DNA of 64,000 nucleotides from Vulcanimicrobiota bacterium. GTDB lineage: Bacteria > Vulcanimicrobiota > Vulcanimicrobiia > Vulcanimicrobiales > Vulcanimicrobiaceae. Made by a program: the position numbers and the translations under genes. The stretch lies in contig OY970223.1 of assembly GCA_963714015.1 (NCBI GenBank), positions 2,720,001 to 2,784,000 on the forward strand. The letters are read 5' to 3'. The notes below the pieces were generated by a model. It saw only the letters and a list, made by a program, of their open reading frames with translations, did not search any database and was not told where the DNA came from. Of the stretch, positions 62,355-64,000 are shown in pieces; the stretch's first letter is position 1, and each line of letters opens with the position of its first letter.

Positions 62355-63302
62355 TCACATGAGCTCGTCGGCGGGAGCGTTCGGATGATAATGATGGCGG
62401 GGCAGCGGAAGCTCGTCGTCGAGCAGCAGATCGGGCAGCACTGCACCGAGATCGCCTAACAGCGGCAGGGTGGCGCGGGCGAGATCGATCTCGCGCAGGT
62501 CGATTGTCCCCCGAACGATGTGAGCTCCGAGCGCCGGCGCGTGCACGACCGTTCGCCCGTACGGATCGACGATGCGCGAACTTCCCGTCATGCCTTTGCC
62601 GCCCTCAAATCCGGCGAGGCCGGCATATAGCACGTAGACGCCGTGTTCCGCCGCGGTAGCGTGCAAAATCTCTTTCCAGCGCGCGATGCTGCCGAGTTCG
62701 TCGTCTTCTTCGATTCCGCGGCCGGGTGCGGCACTTGGGACGATTAGGATGCGCGCGCCTTTGATTGCCGCGATCGTCGGCATGATCGCGTGCCACACGT
62801 CCTCGCAGATGAGCATTGCCATGCGGCCGAAGCGCGAATCGAACGCTTGAAGCCGCCGCCCGCGCGAATGAAAGCGCTCCTCGTCGAAGACTCCGTAAGT
62901 CGGCAGAAACATCTTGCGATGGACGTGACGCAGCTGCACCGATTCGCCGGCGATCTGAACGTATGCCGCGCTGTTATAGTACGTTCCGCCGTCATTCTCA
63001 AAGAAACCGCTCGCGATATCTACCGGCGAGTTACCGTTGGCCCTGCGCCATGCCCGCGCGAGATCGTGCGCGAACTGTGAGGCGTTCAGCGCGAGTTCAT
63101 ACACGGCGCCTTCCAAGAAATAGCCGGTCAGCGCACCTTCGGGAAGAACGACGAGATCGGGAACTTCTCCTTGACCGAGCTGCGCGAAGACTTCCGTCAG
63201 TTCCGTGAGGTTTTCTTCGTACCGGCCCTTACGGGGCTTGAATTGAACGATCGCGACGCGAGCCTGCGCGCCGCCGCGATCGGAACTAACCGGCGGTTCC
63301 AC
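62355..63302 (-). CDS. Nitrilase-family carbon-nitrogen hydrolase, probable glutaminase subunit of NAD synthetase
   Basis: LPE, HRKMFLPTYGVFDEERF, LICEDVW (E-K-C triad). Confidence 0.85.
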   Translation of the reverse strand: MEPPVSSDRGGAQARVAIVQFKPRKGRYEENLTELTEVFAQLGQGEVPDLVVLPEGALTGYFLEGAVYELALNASQFAHDLARAWRRANGNSPVDIASGFFENDGGTYYNSAAYVQIAGESVQLRHVHRKMFLPTYGVFDEERFHSRGRRLQAFDSRFGRMAMLICEDVWHAIMPTIAAIKGARILIVPSAAPGRGIEEDDELGSIARWKEILHATAAEHGVYVLYAGLAGFEGGKGMTGSSRIVDPYGRTVVHAPALGAHIVRGTIDLREIDLARATLPLLGDLGAVLPDLLLDDELPLPRHHYHPNAPADELM

Positions 63303-64000
63303 CCAGCGCGACTTCCGGTTCGATTTCGCCCGGTCCCGCCACGTGCAGTTTCGCCGCGCACTCCTCGGCAGGATACGTCCAAATCTCGGCGAGCGTCGGA
63401 TGCAGGTGCGGAATGCGCATGAAATCCTGGGCCGTCGCGTTGTAATGCATGGCAACGACTAATTCGTGGATGAGATCCGATCCGGCGGGGCCCAGCACGG
63501 CGGCTCCTAAAATCTTTCCGGTATCGGCCGCCGCCATGATCTTCACAAAGCCTTTGGTCTTGCCGATGCACTGCGCCTTGCCGTGTTCGGCAAAATCGTA
63601 CGAGCCCTTGACGTAGGCGATTCCCTTGGCCTGCAGTTCGCGTTCCGTCGCACCGGCCACGGCGACTTGCGGATCGCTGAAGACGGTATGCGTCTTGAAC
63701 AGGTCGTAGACCGCCTTTTCATTCGTACCGTGGACCGCGTTGCGCGCCGCGATTTCGCCTTCGTAGATTGCGACGTGGACCAGCATGTGCTTTCCGGCGA
63801 CGTCACCGATGGCGTAGAAGTCCGGATTGCACGTGCGCATGGACTCATCGGTCTCGATGCCGGTGATGTGGTGGCAGGGCACCTTGGCTACGTCGAGATC
63901 GAGACCGTCGAAATTCGGCACGCGTCCGAGGCAGTAGAGAATCTCCCCAGCTTCGAGTTCTCCGTCTATTCCGTCCCGGACGACGTGAACGACTTTGCGA
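63286..64000 (-). CDS. Class I pyridine nucleotide-disulfide oxidoreductase (LPD-like), 5' end outside the window
   Basis: GRVPN, YAIGDV, VFSDPQVA, HPTLAE. Confidence 0.85.
   Translation of the reverse strand, partial: RKVVHVVRDGIDGELEAGEILYCLGRVPNFDGLDLDVAKVPCHHITGIETDESMRTCNPDFYAIGDVAGKHMLVHVAIYEGEIAARNAVHGTNEKAVYDLFKTHTVFSDPQVAVAGATERELQAKGIAYVKGSYDFAEHGKAQCIGKTKGFVKIMAAADTGKILGAAVLGPAGSDLIHELVVAMHYNATAQDFMRIPHLHPTLAEIWTYPAEECAAKLHVAGPGEIEPEVALGGTAG

Noticed and set aside
63286..64000. Mercuric reductase MerA
   Set aside because: No C-terminal Cys-Cys pair, and it keeps an LPD-type HPTLAE motif

Overview
High-GC bacterial chromosomal window, mostly housekeeping genes. It has a Firmicutes-like gene order (rpsU-yqeY-nfeD-floA-yqfB-phoH-ybeY-dgkA-cdd-recO-ruvX-mltG-DUF1292; rpmE-prfA-prmC-pyrG) and many Cys-Gly-Gly lipoproteins, which suggests Vulcanimicrobiota/Ca. 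Eremiobacterota (inference only). It contains 6 tRNAs and about 60 CDS. At least 13 genes, including pyrG, aroA and recO, carry single-base frameshifts that look like sequencing errors. Most notable: (1) a translationally coupled operon metY - CoA-binding protein - LuxE-like - LuxC-like - class III aminotransferase - Gfo/Idh/MocA with no luciferase, a candidate carboxylate-to-aldehyde-to-amine pathway, divergent from a type-2 LeuC/LeuD aconitase pair; (2) a structured repeat family with an IS200/IS605-end-like hairpin, as two identical 109-bp copies abutting the prfA start and a REPIN-like copy behind tRNA-Ser; (3) tandem NrdR-like boxes before an SRPBCC gene; (4) three tandem S8 lipoproteases separated by structured, attenuator-like leaders; (5) three operon-internal genes that appear to start at ATA, CTG or ATT; (6) a two-subunit NAD synthetase locus interrupted by two orphan genes. 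All calls come from motif recognition; no searches were run.
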